DNA of 64,000 nt from an uncultured Actinomycetota bacterium (GCA_964517765.1 CAZFEN010000002.1:7568-71567), one strand, 5' to 3'; positions 1 through 10,031 are shown, counted from the first letter of the stretch. Notes: generated from the letters alone by a model not told the origin. Program-made: numbers and translations.

Positions 1-701
1 TAAAAGATATAAAAATATTTGAGATATCAAAAATCTTCAAGAAAAAAAATTCAAATAATCTGCCTCTTGAAATAAATATGCTTGGCATCATATTGACAGG
101 TAATGCGGTTCAGAAAGGATGGGATGAAAAGGAAAGACCTTTTGATTTTTATGATTTGAAAGGTATCCTCGAGTTTTTATGCATGAAATATTATCCCGGC
201 AGCAGCCTGAAGATAGAAGAAAAGAGCTACAGGTTTTTTCACACAGGAATCAGCGGGAATATAAATATTGATGGGATAAATATGGGAATAATCGGTATGA
301 TCCATCCATTGATAATAGAGGAGATCGAAACAGATCAGAATACCTATTATATGGAACTTAATTTGGATAATTTTATAAACAACATGAAAGAAACCAGAGA
401 TTATAAACCAATATCGGCATTTCCTTCGATAGATATCGATCTTGCGATTGTGGTCGATGATAAGATTAAAAGTGAAGATATAACAGATGAAATAAAAAAG
501 AGCGGAACTGAATTGCTTAAAAAAGTAAGGCTTTTTGATATATACAAAGGGGAGCAAATAGAAAAGAATAAAAAAAGTATTGCCTATTCCTTAAATTTCA
601 GAGATGAAAGCAGAACTTTAAAAGATACGGAGATAGAGATAATTGTAAACAGGATACTGGAAAATCTGGGTAAGAGATTTAATGCAAGAATAAGAGAATA
701 G
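1..701 (+). CDS. pheT: Phenylalanine--tRNA ligase beta subunit, C-terminal part. The frame is open from the window edge, so the gene is truncated at the window start.
   Basis: The translation ends with a ferredoxin-fold anticodon-binding (FDX-ACB) type C-terminus (…SIAYSLNFRDESRTLKDTEIEIIVNRILENLGKRFNARIRE) preceded by a B5-like region (FDFYDLKGILE). There is no in-frame stop between nt 3 and 77. Confidence 0.8.
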   Translation, partial: KDIKIFEISKIFKKKNSNNLPLEINMLGIILTGNAVQKGWDEKERPFDFYDLKGILEFLCMKYYPGSSLKIEEKSYRFFHTGISGNINIDGINMGIIGMIHPLIIEEIETDQNTYYMELNLDNFINNMKETRDYKPISAFPSIDIDLAIVVDDKIKSEDITDEIKKSGTELLKKVRLFDIYKGEQIEKNKKSIAYSLNFRDESRTLKDTEIEIIVNRILENLGKRFNARIRE

Positions 702-708
702 GCAATAA

Positions 709-1437
709 ATGATAATAGATTTTCCGGGTACAAAAGGTGAGATCGAAGAAAGCAGCATCACGCATCAATATCATTCATCTTTAATAATCAAATATAAAAA
801 CACTCAAATACTGATTGATTTTGGAACAAAACATAATCCGCTTTTAATGGACAGGATAAATGACTTTGATTTCATATTGATAACTCATGCTCATTCGGAC
901 CATTACATATGGACCAAAAATGAAGAAAACAGGATAAAAATTCCGGTCTATCTTACCAGAGTCACGCTTGATTATGGTAAATATAAACCTCAGGAGTACA
1001 GAATTATAGAGAGTGATAAAAAATACAAACTGAAAGATCTGGATATTAAGGCATATGATGTAATTCATTCACTCAGGTGCCCTGCAGTCGGATATAAAAT
1101 TAGAGGAGATAGGACCATAATTTATGCTCCGGATATACTGGATTTTAAAAAGGATAAGGGAATTGTATTTAAAGACATTGTTATGTTGATAGCCGATGGT
1201 TCCAGTCTTAATATAAATATGGTACGACGAAGGGAAGAAAAATTGTTCGGTCATACCCGGATAAAGACTGTAATAGGCTGGTGCAAAAAGTATGATATAA
1301 GTCACTTGATCATAACACACTGCGGAAAACAGATAGTTGAAATGGATAAAGAAGAACTGACAAGAAAACTGCAGGAGTATTCAGAAGGAAAAGTCGATAT
1401 AGCCGTAGCTTTTGATGGTTACAGGGTAGAAATATAA
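709..1437 (+). CDS. MBL-fold metallo-hydrolase
   Basis: HxHxDH zinc motif (ITHAHSDHY) with downstream conserved His and Asp residues. 242 aa. Confidence 0.7.
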   Translation: MIIDFPGTKGEIEESSITHQYHSSLIIKYKNTQILIDFGTKHNPLLMDRINDFDFILITHAHSDHYIWTKNEENRIKIPVYLTRVTLDYGKYKPQEYRIIESDKKYKLKDLDIKAYDVIHSLRCPAVGYKIRGDRTIIYAPDILDFKKDKGIVFKDIVMLIADGSSLNINMVRRREEKLFGHTRIKTVIGWCKKYDISHLIITHCGKQIVEMDKEELTRKLQEYSEGKVDIAVAFDGYRVEI

Positions 1438-1491
1438 AAATCTCCGGTATAAATTTAAAGGTTTAAAAGAAATTTAATTATCAATAATCAA

Positions 1492-1522
1492 GGGGTAAGA
1501 AAAACTTTTCTTACCCCTTTTA
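1492..1522 (+). terminator. Rho-independent terminator after the MBL hydrolase gene
   Basis: GGGGTAAGAAAA / TTTTCTTACCCC 12-bp perfect stem with a 3-nt loop, followed by TTTT. Confidence 0.6.
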
Positions 1523-1604
1523 GCTGCATTACTTTTTAATTTTTATTTTAAGGCCGAATCACCTCCCTAAAATCTTTCATAAAAAAGAATTCAAACTATA
1601 TTAT

Positions 1605-1730
1605 CCGGAAAGTCCTGAAATAACTATTTCCGGTGACTTTTTTTATTTTAACAAAGGATAATGTAGATTTTCTGGAGATTTAATGAAGAATTTTAAGGTA
1701 TGCCAGCTATCTGCTCCAGAATTTCTACAT
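1605..1730 (+). promoter_or_regulatory. Structured leader upstream of the efflux operon: one hairpin followed by a T-tract, then a 16-bp imperfect inverted repeat
   Basis: CCGGAAA(1605-1611)/TTTCCGG(1627-1633) followed by tgac+T7. TGTAGATTTTCTGGAG (1662-1677) is the inverted match of CTCCAGAATTTCTACA (1714-1729), with 2 mismatches. Confidence 0.3.
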
Positions 1731-1775
1731 TATTTTTTAATATAATTTTCCCAAAAACTAAAGAAGAGAGGAAAA

Positions 1776-3041
1776 ATGTTTAAGAATAAAAGAAAAAATA
1801 TTTTTTTAATAATTTCCACATTTATTCTTCTTTTAATTTCGATTATTTCATTTTCCTGTATGGGACCTTTTTCTAACACGGAAGATAATACAGCAAATCA
1901 GGGCATTGAAACATTTGAAGTTCGGAGAGGTGATATTTTCCAGCTTGTTTCAACTACGGGAACAGTAGATTCAGAAACTCTAAATACATATACAATTTCA
2001 GTTTCAGGAGAGATAATCTCTGCTCTGGAAAAAGGAGACTCTTTTAAAAAGGGAGATATACTGGCAGAAGTAGATAAATCGGATGGTCTGCTTCAGCTGG
2101 AAAAGATCGAAAGCAATTTAAAGACTTCCGAAAGTTCTTTGAGAACGGCAAGGTTGAATTATCAAAAAGCTCTGGAAGCTAATCATATAGCAATACAGAT
2201 TGCAGATCTTAATACTGAAAAAGCAGAGGAGTCTAAGGAAAGTGCACTGGATTCTCTGGAAAATGCCAATGACATGGGAGATTCATATTCTATATCTCAG
2301 GCACAATCTTCTTACAATCAGGCACTTCTTAATCAGTCCACAACTTATTGGAATAATCTGTCAAGCCTGGAGTCGGCAGACACGCAGATCGAATTGGCCA
2401 GAGAAAATTTAAACCAGGCAGGGTTACAACTGGAGCTTGCTAAAAGAGATTACGAAGAAGCCCAGAAAAACCTTGATGACTATATATTGCATGCTCCCTA
2501 TGACGGAACAGTTATCTCTTCTGATTTCAAGGTAGGTGACCAGAATTCAGGAGGTAATGTAATTTCGATAATCAGTGATAATTTTTTAATTAAGACGACT
2601 ATAGGCGAGACTGACATTTCAAAGGTTTTCGAGGGAGACGAAGCAAACATTACCATGGATGCTTATCCTGATAAACAGTTTTCGGGAGGAGTCGAAAAAA
2701 TCATACCTGTAACTATAACAGAAGGCAACATAGTTTCCTTCGAAGTATTAGTTGGATTTAATGATACCGGAGATATCAGAATATATTATGGGCTTTCGAC
2801 AAATGTCGATGTCATAACCGAAAAGGCAGAGAATGTATTGTACGTTCCAATTCAGTCTGTGTATCAGGAAAATGGTAAAAGTTATGTAGATGTTTTGACA
2901 TTGGAACAGATAGATTCCAAGAATATTACTGAAAATGTGAAGAAAGTAGAAGTTACAACCGGTATAAATGATTATTCTTATATGGAAATAACTTCTGGTC
3001 TGAAAGAAGGAGACATAGTCGTCACTTCAAGGATACAATAA
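1776..3041 (+). CDS. Periplasmic adaptor (membrane fusion) subunit of an efflux pump, HlyD/MacA family
   Basis: N-terminal signal anchor, a long coiled-coil-rich middle section, and the motif HAPYDGTVIS typical of the HlyD_D23 barrel. RBS AGAGAGG. Confidence 0.85.
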   Translation: MFKNKRKNIFLIISTFILLLISIISFSCMGPFSNTEDNTANQGIETFEVRRGDIFQLVSTTGTVDSETLNTYTISVSGEIISALEKGDSFKKGDILAEVDKSDGLLQLEKIESNLKTSESSLRTARLNYQKALEANHIAIQIADLNTEKAEESKESALDSLENANDMGDSYSISQAQSSYNQALLNQSTTYWNNLSSLESADTQIELARENLNQAGLQLELAKRDYEEAQKNLDDYILHAPYDGTVISSDFKVGDQNSGGNVISIISDNFLIKTTIGETDISKVFEGDEANITMDAYPDKQFSGGVEKIIPVTITEGNIVSFEVLVGFNDTGDIRIYYGLSTNVDVITEKAENVLYVPIQSVYQENGKSYVDVLTLEQIDSKNITENVKKVEVTTGINDYSYMEITSGLKEGDIVVTSRIQ

Positions 3042-3060
3042 ATACTGGCTATAAAAAATT

Positions 3061-3837
3061 ATGAATCAAAAAATAATAGATATCAAAAATGTCACCAAGG
3101 TTTATAAAATAGGCAATATAAAGGTAAATGCCTTAAACGGTATTAATCTTGAAATAAATAGAGGAGAATTTCTGTCTATTATGGGACCTTCCGGGTCAGG
3201 GAAATCCACACTGATGAATATACTGGGATGTCTTGACACCCCTACTTCAGGATCATATTTGCTGGAAGATGTAAATGTAGCAGGTTTAAATGATAACCAG
3301 CTGGCAGAGATTAGAAATAAAAAAGTCGGATTTGTATTCCAAACCTTTAACCTGCTATCCAGGACCAATATTACAGGGAATGTCGAGCTTCCTTTGATAT
3401 ATTCAAAGGGGAAGAGATCAAAATCCAGGAAAGATTTAATAAGTAAGGTAATAGATTCTGTTGGACTGGCTGAATGGGTAAGGCACAGGCCCAATGAACT
3501 GTCGGGAGGACAAAGGCAGAGAGTAGCCATTGCAAGGGCCCTGGTAAATGACCCTGCCATAATACTTGCGGATGAACCAACCGGAAATCTGGATTCCAGG
3601 ACAGGAGAAGAGATAATGGCCATTTTTCAGAATTTTAACAGGCAGGGCAAAACTATTCTCTTTGTTACCCATGAAATAGATCTGGCAAAACATGCAGGAA
3701 GAATAATTTATTTAAAAGACGGTATTATAACAGGTGAGGAAATAATAAAAGATCCAATCAATGCACAGAAAAGGCTTGAAGATATGCCAAAATTAGAGGA
3801 CAAAATAAATAGCATGGAAGCGAATGCTTTATTATGA
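3061..3837 (+). CDS. ABC transporter ATP-binding protein, MacB/LolD family
   Basis: Walker A GPSGSGKST, signature LSGGQRQRVAIARAL, Walker B ILADEPTGNLD. Confidence 0.9.
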   Translation: MNQKIIDIKNVTKVYKIGNIKVNALNGINLEINRGEFLSIMGPSGSGKSTLMNILGCLDTPTSGSYLLEDVNVAGLNDNQLAEIRNKKVGFVFQTFNLLSRTNITGNVELPLIYSKGKRSKSRKDLISKVIDSVGLAEWVRHRPNELSGGQRQRVAIARALVNDPAIILADEPTGNLDSRTGEEIMAIFQNFNRQGKTILFVTHEIDLAKHAGRIIYLKDGIITGEEIIKDPINAQKRLEDMPKLEDKINSMEANALL

Positions 3838-5150
3838 AAAGAATATTTGAGAATATAAGGATTGCCTTTAAGTCTCTGGCTTTAAACAAGTTAAGATCAT
3901 TTTTGACCATGCTGGGAATCATAATCGGTGTAGGATCCGTGGTTGCGGTTATGTCAATAGGTGCGGGTGCCGAAGCTTCCATAACCGAAAATATTCAGAG
4001 CATGGGAACAAATGTACTTACAATTACTCCTGGAAGGGAACAGGTATCCATAGGTGGAAGAGAGGCTAGCGTGGAGTCACCGGGAAGTATACAGGTTAGA
4101 GTCGGAGAGGATTCAGAACAGCGTAGAGGTTTAATGAGCGGATTTGGAGAAGAGGAGGATGAGGAAATTGTAGCTGGTGAATTATATCTGAAAGATGTTA
4201 AAGCTTTAAAAGAAGAAACAAGCGTGCTGGATGAAGTAGTACCGTTACTATCCAGTATGTCCGGTTTTTCCTATATGAGCTGGAGTGGGAATGTAAGTGT
4301 AACCGCTACTACGGAAGATTATTTGAACTTTGCGGGTTATGAACTGGAAAAAGGTAATTTCTTTACCGTTGACGATGTTTCAAATTCATCAAATGTGGTT
4401 GTTTTAGGATATGGCGTGCTAACCGATTATTTTGGAAAGAACGATCCTATCGGTGAGACAGTAAAAATAGATGGAAAGAATTTTAAGGTAATGGGGATTC
4501 TGAAGTCGGTTGGCTATACCTTTGGCATGAGTCCCGATAATTCGATATATATCCCTATAACAACGGCTCAAAATAAACTATATGGTATTGATACAGTAAA
4601 TCAAATCATGGTAAAGGTCAAAAGTGAAGATGCAATGGATGCTGCAACAGCTGAAGCTAAGGCAATTTTGAGATCACAGCATCATATTCTGCCAGGAGAA
4701 AGCAGCGATTTCGAAATAAGCAGTTCCGCTCAGCTGCTCGAAATGGCGGGTACAATTACGGATATTATGGTTATTTTGCTTTCCAGCATTGCTGCCATTT
4801 CTCTTTTAGTAGGAGGCATAGGGATTATGAATATTATGTTCGTATCGGTAACCGAAAGAACAAGGGAAATCGGCATAAGAAAAGCAATAGGTGCCAAAAA
4901 TAGGGATATATTGGTACAATTTCTTACCGAAAGTATAGTATTGAGCCTATCGGGTGGCATTATCGGAATAGGACTTGCAAGCCTTATAACTGGAGTATTG
5001 AGTACTTTTACCAGTTTAAGTTCGCTTATTACTGCTTCTCCTGTGATTATGGCTTTATCTTTTTCTACGATTATAGGTCTTGTTTTTGGTATTTTTCCGG
5101 CTATGAGAGCAGCAAGACTCAATCCAATTGACTCATTAAGACACGAATAG
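3834..5150 (+). CDS. ABC transporter permease, MacB_PCD + FtsX family
   Basis: N-terminal TM helix, a large periplasmic domain, and a C-terminal FtsX-like 3-TM bundle. Overlaps the ATPase stop codon (ATGA). Confidence 0.85.
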   Translation: MKRIFENIRIAFKSLALNKLRSFLTMLGIIIGVGSVVAVMSIGAGAEASITENIQSMGTNVLTITPGREQVSIGGREASVESPGSIQVRVGEDSEQRRGLMSGFGEEEDEEIVAGELYLKDVKALKEETSVLDEVVPLLSSMSGFSYMSWSGNVSVTATTEDYLNFAGYELEKGNFFTVDDVSNSSNVVVLGYGVLTDYFGKNDPIGETVKIDGKNFKVMGILKSVGYTFGMSPDNSIYIPITTAQNKLYGIDTVNQIMVKVKSEDAMDAATAEAKAILRSQHHILPGESSDFEISSSAQLLEMAGTITDIMVILLSSIAAISLLVGGIGIMNIMFVSVTERTREIGIRKAIGAKNRDILVQFLTESIVLSLSGGIIGIGLASLITGVLSTFTSLSSLITASPVIMALSFSTIIGLVFGIFPAMRAARLNPIDSLRHE

Positions 5151-5226
5151 GATTTACCGCGAATTTGTTTTTACTTTTTAAATGTATAAAATAATTATAT
5201 AAATTTTATATGGATTTATTAAAAAT

Positions 5227-5895
5227 ATGAAAATATTGATAATAGAAGATGAAAAATCCGTAGCGGATAATATAAAATCAGGGCTGGAGCAGCATAGATT
5301 TACAGTTGATGTAGCCTACAGTGGACAGGAAGGTTACAGTCTTATTGAGGATTATGATTATGACATTATAATACTGGATTTGATGCTTCCGGATATGGCA
5401 GGGGAAGATCTATGCAGAAAAATAAGGCAAGAAAATATAAATTGTTATATATTAATGCTTACTGCTAAAAAGCAAATAGAAAATATAGTTAATGGGCTTA
5501 ATTGCGGCGCTGACGATTATCTTAAAAAACCTTTTGATTTTTCCGAACTTCTTGCAAGAATAAAAGCTCTTCTCCGGAGATCTTTAAAAAATAAGGAAAA
5601 TATACTGGGTACTTTCGATTTAAAAATAGACCTGGATAAGGAGCAGGTATTTGCAGGTGATAAAGAAGCGAAACTTACCAAAAAAGAATATATGATTCTT
5701 GAATACCTTTTAAGATATAAAGGGCAGCTGGTTAGCAGGAATCAGATACTTGAACATGCATGGGATAGAAATGTGGATATTTTTACCAACATAGTGGACA
5801 CTCATATAAAGAATCTTAGAAGAAAATTAGGCAAAACCGGCAGGCTTATAGAAACTGTTTACGGATCAGGATATAGAATAATAGATGATAAGTAG
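5227..5895 (+). CDS. OmpR-family response regulator (receiver + winged helix)
   Basis: MKILIIEDE…D(phospho-acceptor)LMLPDM… with a C-terminal trans_reg_C domain (…TVYGSGYRI). Confidence 0.9.
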   Translation: MKILIIEDEKSVADNIKSGLEQHRFTVDVAYSGQEGYSLIEDYDYDIIILDLMLPDMAGEDLCRKIRQENINCYILMLTAKKQIENIVNGLNCGADDYLKKPFDFSELLARIKALLRRSLKNKENILGTFDLKIDLDKEQVFAGDKEAKLTKKEYMILEYLLRYKGQLVSRNQILEHAWDRNVDIFTNIVDTHIKNLRRKLGKTGRLIETVYGSGYRIIDDK

Positions 5896-5904
5896 GGAAA
5901 AGTC

Positions 5905-7080
5905 ATGAAATTAACACTTAAAAGAAAAATACTGCTCTGGTTTGCAGTTATAATACTAATATCATTCATACTTTATGGATTTCTTATTTATTTTGTATAT
6001 AATTTCAACCTTGGAAGAGAAAAGTATTTAATTTTTTTAAATGAACATATTGAGGGAGCGGACCAGATAGTAATCGATAGACTGAAAGAAGAAGGTAGAT
6101 TCGGACCGCTTGGGATGCCGCTGCACCTAAAGATATTGTCACCTGAGCACTTTATGAGAATATTTTATACAATAACCGGTGGAGTTCTGTTAATAATAAT
6201 CATAGCGGTATCAGGCGGCTTTTTGGTTCTAAGAAGGATGTTAAGACAGATCAATTTTATTAGCGAAAACGTAAAAGAAATAGACGAAAAAAGACTTCAT
6301 CTAAGATTGAATATTAAAGGAAAAGACCCCATATCGAATATGGCACGAGTATTTGACAGCATGCTTGATAAAATAGAATCATCATTCAAAAAACAGAAAC
6401 AGTTTATCCAGAATGCTTCGCATGAATTAAATACTCCACTTACAATAATGAAGACAAAAATTGATGTATTGAGACAGAAAAAAAATATCACCAAAACGGA
6501 ATACAGGGAAACTCTGGATCTTATTGACAGTGAAATTATGAGACTATCCAAAATTACGGAAGAGCTGCTCATCCTGGCGGATATCGAAGAAAATGGATAC
6601 AGGGAGGAATTTATTAAAATCAACACAAAAAAAATTTTAGAAAAAATAATAAGATTATTTGACAATCAAATAAATTCAAAAGAATTGAAATTGAAATTAG
6701 AATTTACCGGAGAAGATTTCATCATTATGGGTAATGAGATGCAGATAGAGCAGTTAATATTCAATCTTATGGACAATGCCATAAAATACAGCATTCCTGA
6801 AAGTCAGCTAAAAATCAGACTGGGCAGCGATAAGGATAAGAATTTACTGATTGCCAATATTTCCAATAGAAGCGATATAATTAAAGAAAAAGATATTCCT
6901 TATATTTTTGACCGGTTTTACAAGGCTTTCGCTTCAAGCGATAGAAAAGGTTTTGGTCTGGGGCTTTCTATAAGTAAGAAAATAGTGGAAAACCATAAAG
7001 GTGTGATAAAAGCAGACTATTATAAGGATAAAAAAGAAATAACTTTTACTATATCCATACCTCTTTTAAAAAATATATAA
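5905..7080 (+). CDS. Sensor histidine kinase (2 TM, HAMP, HisKA, HATPase_c)
   Basis: H-box ASHELNTPLT, N-box NLMDNAIKYS, G-box GFGLGLSISKKIVENHKG. Confidence 0.85.
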   Translation: MKLTLKRKILLWFAVIILISFILYGFLIYFVYNFNLGREKYLIFLNEHIEGADQIVIDRLKEEGRFGPLGMPLHLKILSPEHFMRIFYTITGGVLLIIIIAVSGGFLVLRRMLRQINFISENVKEIDEKRLHLRLNIKGKDPISNMARVFDSMLDKIESSFKKQKQFIQNASHELNTPLTIMKTKIDVLRQKKNITKTEYRETLDLIDSEIMRLSKITEELLILADIEENGYREEFIKINTKKILEKIIRLFDNQINSKELKLKLEFTGEDFIIMGNEMQIEQLIFNLMDNAIKYSIPESQLKIRLGSDKDKNLLIANISNRSDIIKEKDIPYIFDRFYKAFASSDRKGFGLGLSISKKIVENHKGVIKADYYKDKKEITFTISIPLLKNI

Positions 7081-7168
7081 GATATTTTAACTCCAGCTTA
7101 TCTCCATTTTTTATTTATATAATAATGCATAAAAATAAAAAAAATAAAATATTATAAAGGAGATTAAT

Positions 7169-7531
7169 ATGCATGGATTTTTTATGCAGCAGTCCAGTGA
7201 GATTTTTAGGCCAGGCGGTTTTTTTATTATATTTGGACTAATTAGATATTTACCATATATAGCTGTTGGCTTACTGGTAATCACTGTAGCAATATGGATT
7301 ATTTTCGGTATAAAAAAATTAAGATGGGCAAAGATACTGGCGATAGTTTTAACTGTACTGGTAGTAATAATAGGTGGTTTGAGTCTGGGGACTTTTTTTC
7401 TCGGCAGAAGATTCATGGGAGGATCTCCACCTGAGGGGGGACAGTTCCAGAGATTTGAGGAAAGGGAAAACAACAGAATTGAAGATAATGGCAGTGCTAA
7501 TCTAATAGAAAATATGCAGGTAGTTGTCTAG
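7169..7531 (+). CDS. Small membrane protein (2 predicted TM helices) with a charged C-terminal tail; hypothetical
   Basis: RBS AGGAG 6 nt upstream of the ATG. Hydrophobic stretches IAVGLLVITVAIWIIFGI and ILAIVLTVLVVIIGGLSLGTFFLG. Followed by a terminator. Confidence 0.45.
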   Translation: MHGFFMQQSSEIFRPGGFFIIFGLIRYLPYIAVGLLVITVAIWIIFGIKKLRWAKILAIVLTVLVVIIGGLSLGTFFLGRRFMGGSPPEGGQFQRFEERENNRIEDNGSANLIENMQVVV

Positions 7532-7550
7532 GACGTAGATAATTTTTAAA

Positions 7551-7609
7551 AGAGTTAATAATCATTTAATCGTGATATAATATTTTAAAATTATTAACTC
7601 TATTTTTTT
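7551..7609 (+). terminator. AT-rich hairpin plus T-tract terminator
   Basis: AGAGTTAATAAT(7551-7562)/ATTATTAACTCT(7590-7601) followed by ATTTTTTT. Confidence 0.4.
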
Positions 7610-7689
7610 GTTGTAATTTTATTTTATATATAATAAAAATTTATACTTTTGATGTAGAATAATTAAAGTTATTTTATAAAATAAAAAAA

Positions 7690-8370
7690 ATGAAACTTAC
7701 TCTAATTAAAAAAATTCAGGAATCGAAAGATATTTATACTTTCGTATTTGAACCTGAAAATCCTTTACCATGGAAAGCCGGGCAGTATATTTTCTTTAAA
7801 ATACCTCATGAAAATCCGGACGAGAGGGGGGTGATCAGGCATTTTACTATTTCTTCCGCACCTTCTGAAAAGAATATTTTTTTAACGACAAAATTTGATT
7901 TCGAAAATGGAAGTTCCTTTAAAAAAGCTTTATTTAAATTAAATCAGGGAAGCTCCATAGAGGGATTCAACTTGGGTGGAAATTTTACAGTAACAGATTT
8001 AGAAGAAAAATATGTATTTATTGCCGGAGGAATTGGGATCACACCATATCGTTCAATTTTGGTGGATCTGGCAAACGAAGACAGATTACCGGATGTAATC
8101 CTTTTTTACTGCGGTAAAGCTGATGGAATTATCTTTAAGGATGTTTTTGATGAAATCAAGAAGAGATATAAATGGCCGCTGGTCCATTTTGTAATAGAAC
8201 CGCAGCTCATCAATGGAGAAATAATAAAAGAAAAAGTCCCGGATTTAAAGGATCGGATTTTTTATATTTCAGGTCCTGTGGTTATGGTAAGTATTGTGAA
8301 AGAGATTCTATTAAAATTAAATATCAAAAATAGCAGAATAGTAACAGATTACTTTCCAGGTTATGATTAA
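7690..8370 (+). CDS. FNR-like FAD/NAD(P)-binding oxidoreductase
   Basis: RxYS-type FAD motif (RHFTISS) and a GGxGxxP NAD(P) motif (GGIGITP). Confidence 0.65.
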   Translation: MKLTLIKKIQESKDIYTFVFEPENPLPWKAGQYIFFKIPHENPDERGVIRHFTISSAPSEKNIFLTTKFDFENGSSFKKALFKLNQGSSIEGFNLGGNFTVTDLEEKYVFIAGGIGITPYRSILVDLANEDRLPDVILFYCGKADGIIFKDVFDEIKKRYKWPLVHFVIEPQLINGEIIKEKVPDLKDRIFYISGPVVMVSIVKEILLKLNIKNSRIVTDYFPGYD

Positions 8371-8456
8371 TTGATCTATTTTGATATTTTATAAATCGTT
8401 CACTTGGGTCTGTTTAATCCTGTATAAATTCCAATATTTATAATATAGGGACATTT

Positions 8457-9965
8457 ATGAAAAATTACCACCGAACGATACTGACGATACTATCTGTGTT
8501 GTTTCTGTTTTTGAGTTTCAGGGAACTGGGATTTTTCGTCTGGTTTTCACTCATACCATTTTTATTTGTAATTTATAGCTCAAACCTCAAACAAACTCTT
8601 TTATTTAGTTTTATATGCGGTATTGGATTTTTTATAGGAGTTACTTACTGGATGAATACTCTTCCGGTAAAATTTGTATGGCTGCTTTTGACACCTCTTT
8701 TAAGTATAATTTTTTTGATTTATGGAACATCTATATATTTTATATTTAAAAAAATCCATCAACCAATCTTGAGAATGTTTCTAATACCCGCTGTATGGGT
8801 ATTTATAGAATTTATCAGGTCGCAGACACTTCTTGCTTTCACCATAGGCATCCTTGGATACACCCAGCATAGTTTCCTGCCGCTTATGCAGATCACAAGA
8901 TTTACAGGTATATATGGAGTGTCCTTCATTATAATCCTTTTTAATACTGCTATTTTTGAGACATTATTATTCTCGATAAAGAATAAAAAAGCCATATTCA
9001 AATTTTTGATTATCAGCTTATCAATTTTAGTGGTGTTTGTTACCTATGGCATTGTAAGCGTTAACAATAATCTAAACAGGGTAATTAGTGATAAGGGTTA
9101 CAGCGAGATAAAGCTGGCACTGGTACAGCCAAATATACCCCTCGGAGATAAATACTCAGGAAAAGGCATGGAAATAATTCCTGAACCTTATTGCGAAGAG
9201 ACTTATTTCAGGGAAGATACCGATCTGGTAGTCTATCCTGAAAGTATGCTGTGGGGATTTATGGAAGAAAATGAAAGTTTCAAAGAATGGGCCAAAATAA
9301 TTGCAAAAACAGAAAACCTTTATATGCTTATCGGCCAATATACACACGATGACGAATTCGACAGATATTATGATTCAGCGCTGCTTTATGATACGGATAT
9401 GGAAATCGCAGGAAGATATGATGAGACCCACCCCGTACCTTTCAGCCAGTATATGCCATATCCAAAGATTTTAGGTTTCTTGAAATTTCTGGATTTTTCG
9501 ACAGTAAATCTAATTCCTGCCAGAGATTATAACTCCATCGACTATCCGGGTAAAGGTAAAATTGGAGTAAATATATGTTACGAATCAACAATTCCGTCTA
9601 TTGCAAGAAAAATAAGGAATAATGATGCAGAAGCCATATTTGTACTTTCCGATAACTCAAGTCTTGATGGTAGTATAGCGCCATGGCACCATTTGATATT
9701 TTCAAAAGTCAGAGCGATAGAAAATGGATGTTACGTGGTTCATTGTGCAAATACGGGTATATCAGCCATAATTTCTCCCGATGGGGAACTAGTGGCGAGA
9801 TCAGATCTTCTAAGTAAAACGGTATTTTATGGAAGTGTCTTTCTTGTAGAGGAGAAGACTTTTTATACAAAATACGGCGATATACTGGTAATTATATATA
9901 TTGGAACAATTTTCTTACTCACAATTGTTTACCTCATACTCAAAAAATTAAAAAAGATCAGTTAA
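8457..9965 (+). CDS. lnt: Apolipoprotein N-acyltransferase
   Basis: Multi-TM N-terminal region plus a C-terminal CN-hydrolase domain with the catalytic Cys in VNICYES and a LALVQPNIPL start. Confidence 0.8.
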   Translation: MKNYHRTILTILSVLFLFLSFRELGFFVWFSLIPFLFVIYSSNLKQTLLFSFICGIGFFIGVTYWMNTLPVKFVWLLLTPLLSIIFLIYGTSIYFIFKKIHQPILRMFLIPAVWVFIEFIRSQTLLAFTIGILGYTQHSFLPLMQITRFTGIYGVSFIIILFNTAIFETLLFSIKNKKAIFKFLIISLSILVVFVTYGIVSVNNNLNRVISDKGYSEIKLALVQPNIPLGDKYSGKGMEIIPEPYCEETYFREDTDLVVYPESMLWGFMEENESFKEWAKIIAKTENLYMLIGQYTHDDEFDRYYDSALLYDTDMEIAGRYDETHPVPFSQYMPYPKILGFLKFLDFSTVNLIPARDYNSIDYPGKGKIGVNICYESTIPSIARKIRNNDAEAIFVLSDNSSLDGSIAPWHHLIFSKVRAIENGCYVVHCANTGISAIISPDGELVARSDLLSKTVFYGSVFLVEEKTFYTKYGDILVIIYIGTIFLLTIVYLILKKLKKIS

Positions 9966-9996
9966 GCCACATAACTAAAATATTTTTAAATAAATA

Positions 9997-10031
9997 TTGC
10001 ATATTATTTAATTATTATGTATAATATGCAA
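9997..10031. promoter_or_regulatory. Arginine operon promoter with an 11-bp perfect inverted repeat; candidate ArgR operator (ARG-box-like)
   Basis: TTGCATATTAT-N13-ATAATATGCAA. TTGCAT serves as the -35, with a 17-bp spacer to an extended -10 TGTATAAT that sits inside the right arm. Located 24 bp upstream of the argC start. Confidence 0.45.

Noticed and set aside
177-557. Numerous antisense or overlapping ORFs of 60-170 aa in the six-frame track (for example 177-557-, 3102-3623-, 11478-11900-, 21878-22285+, 41885-42112+, 57853-58362+).
   Set aside because: Each lies fully inside a longer ORF on the opposite strand or in another frame that has strong family motifs. The overlapping ORFs have low-complexity translations and no RBS, so they are artefacts of AT-rich sequence.
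1555-1575. aatCACCTCCcta resembling the 16S rRNA 3' end (anti-SD).
   Set aside because: It is only a 7-nt match, with no flanking rRNA-like sequence. It is most likely chance or a small regulatory decoy, and cannot be supported.
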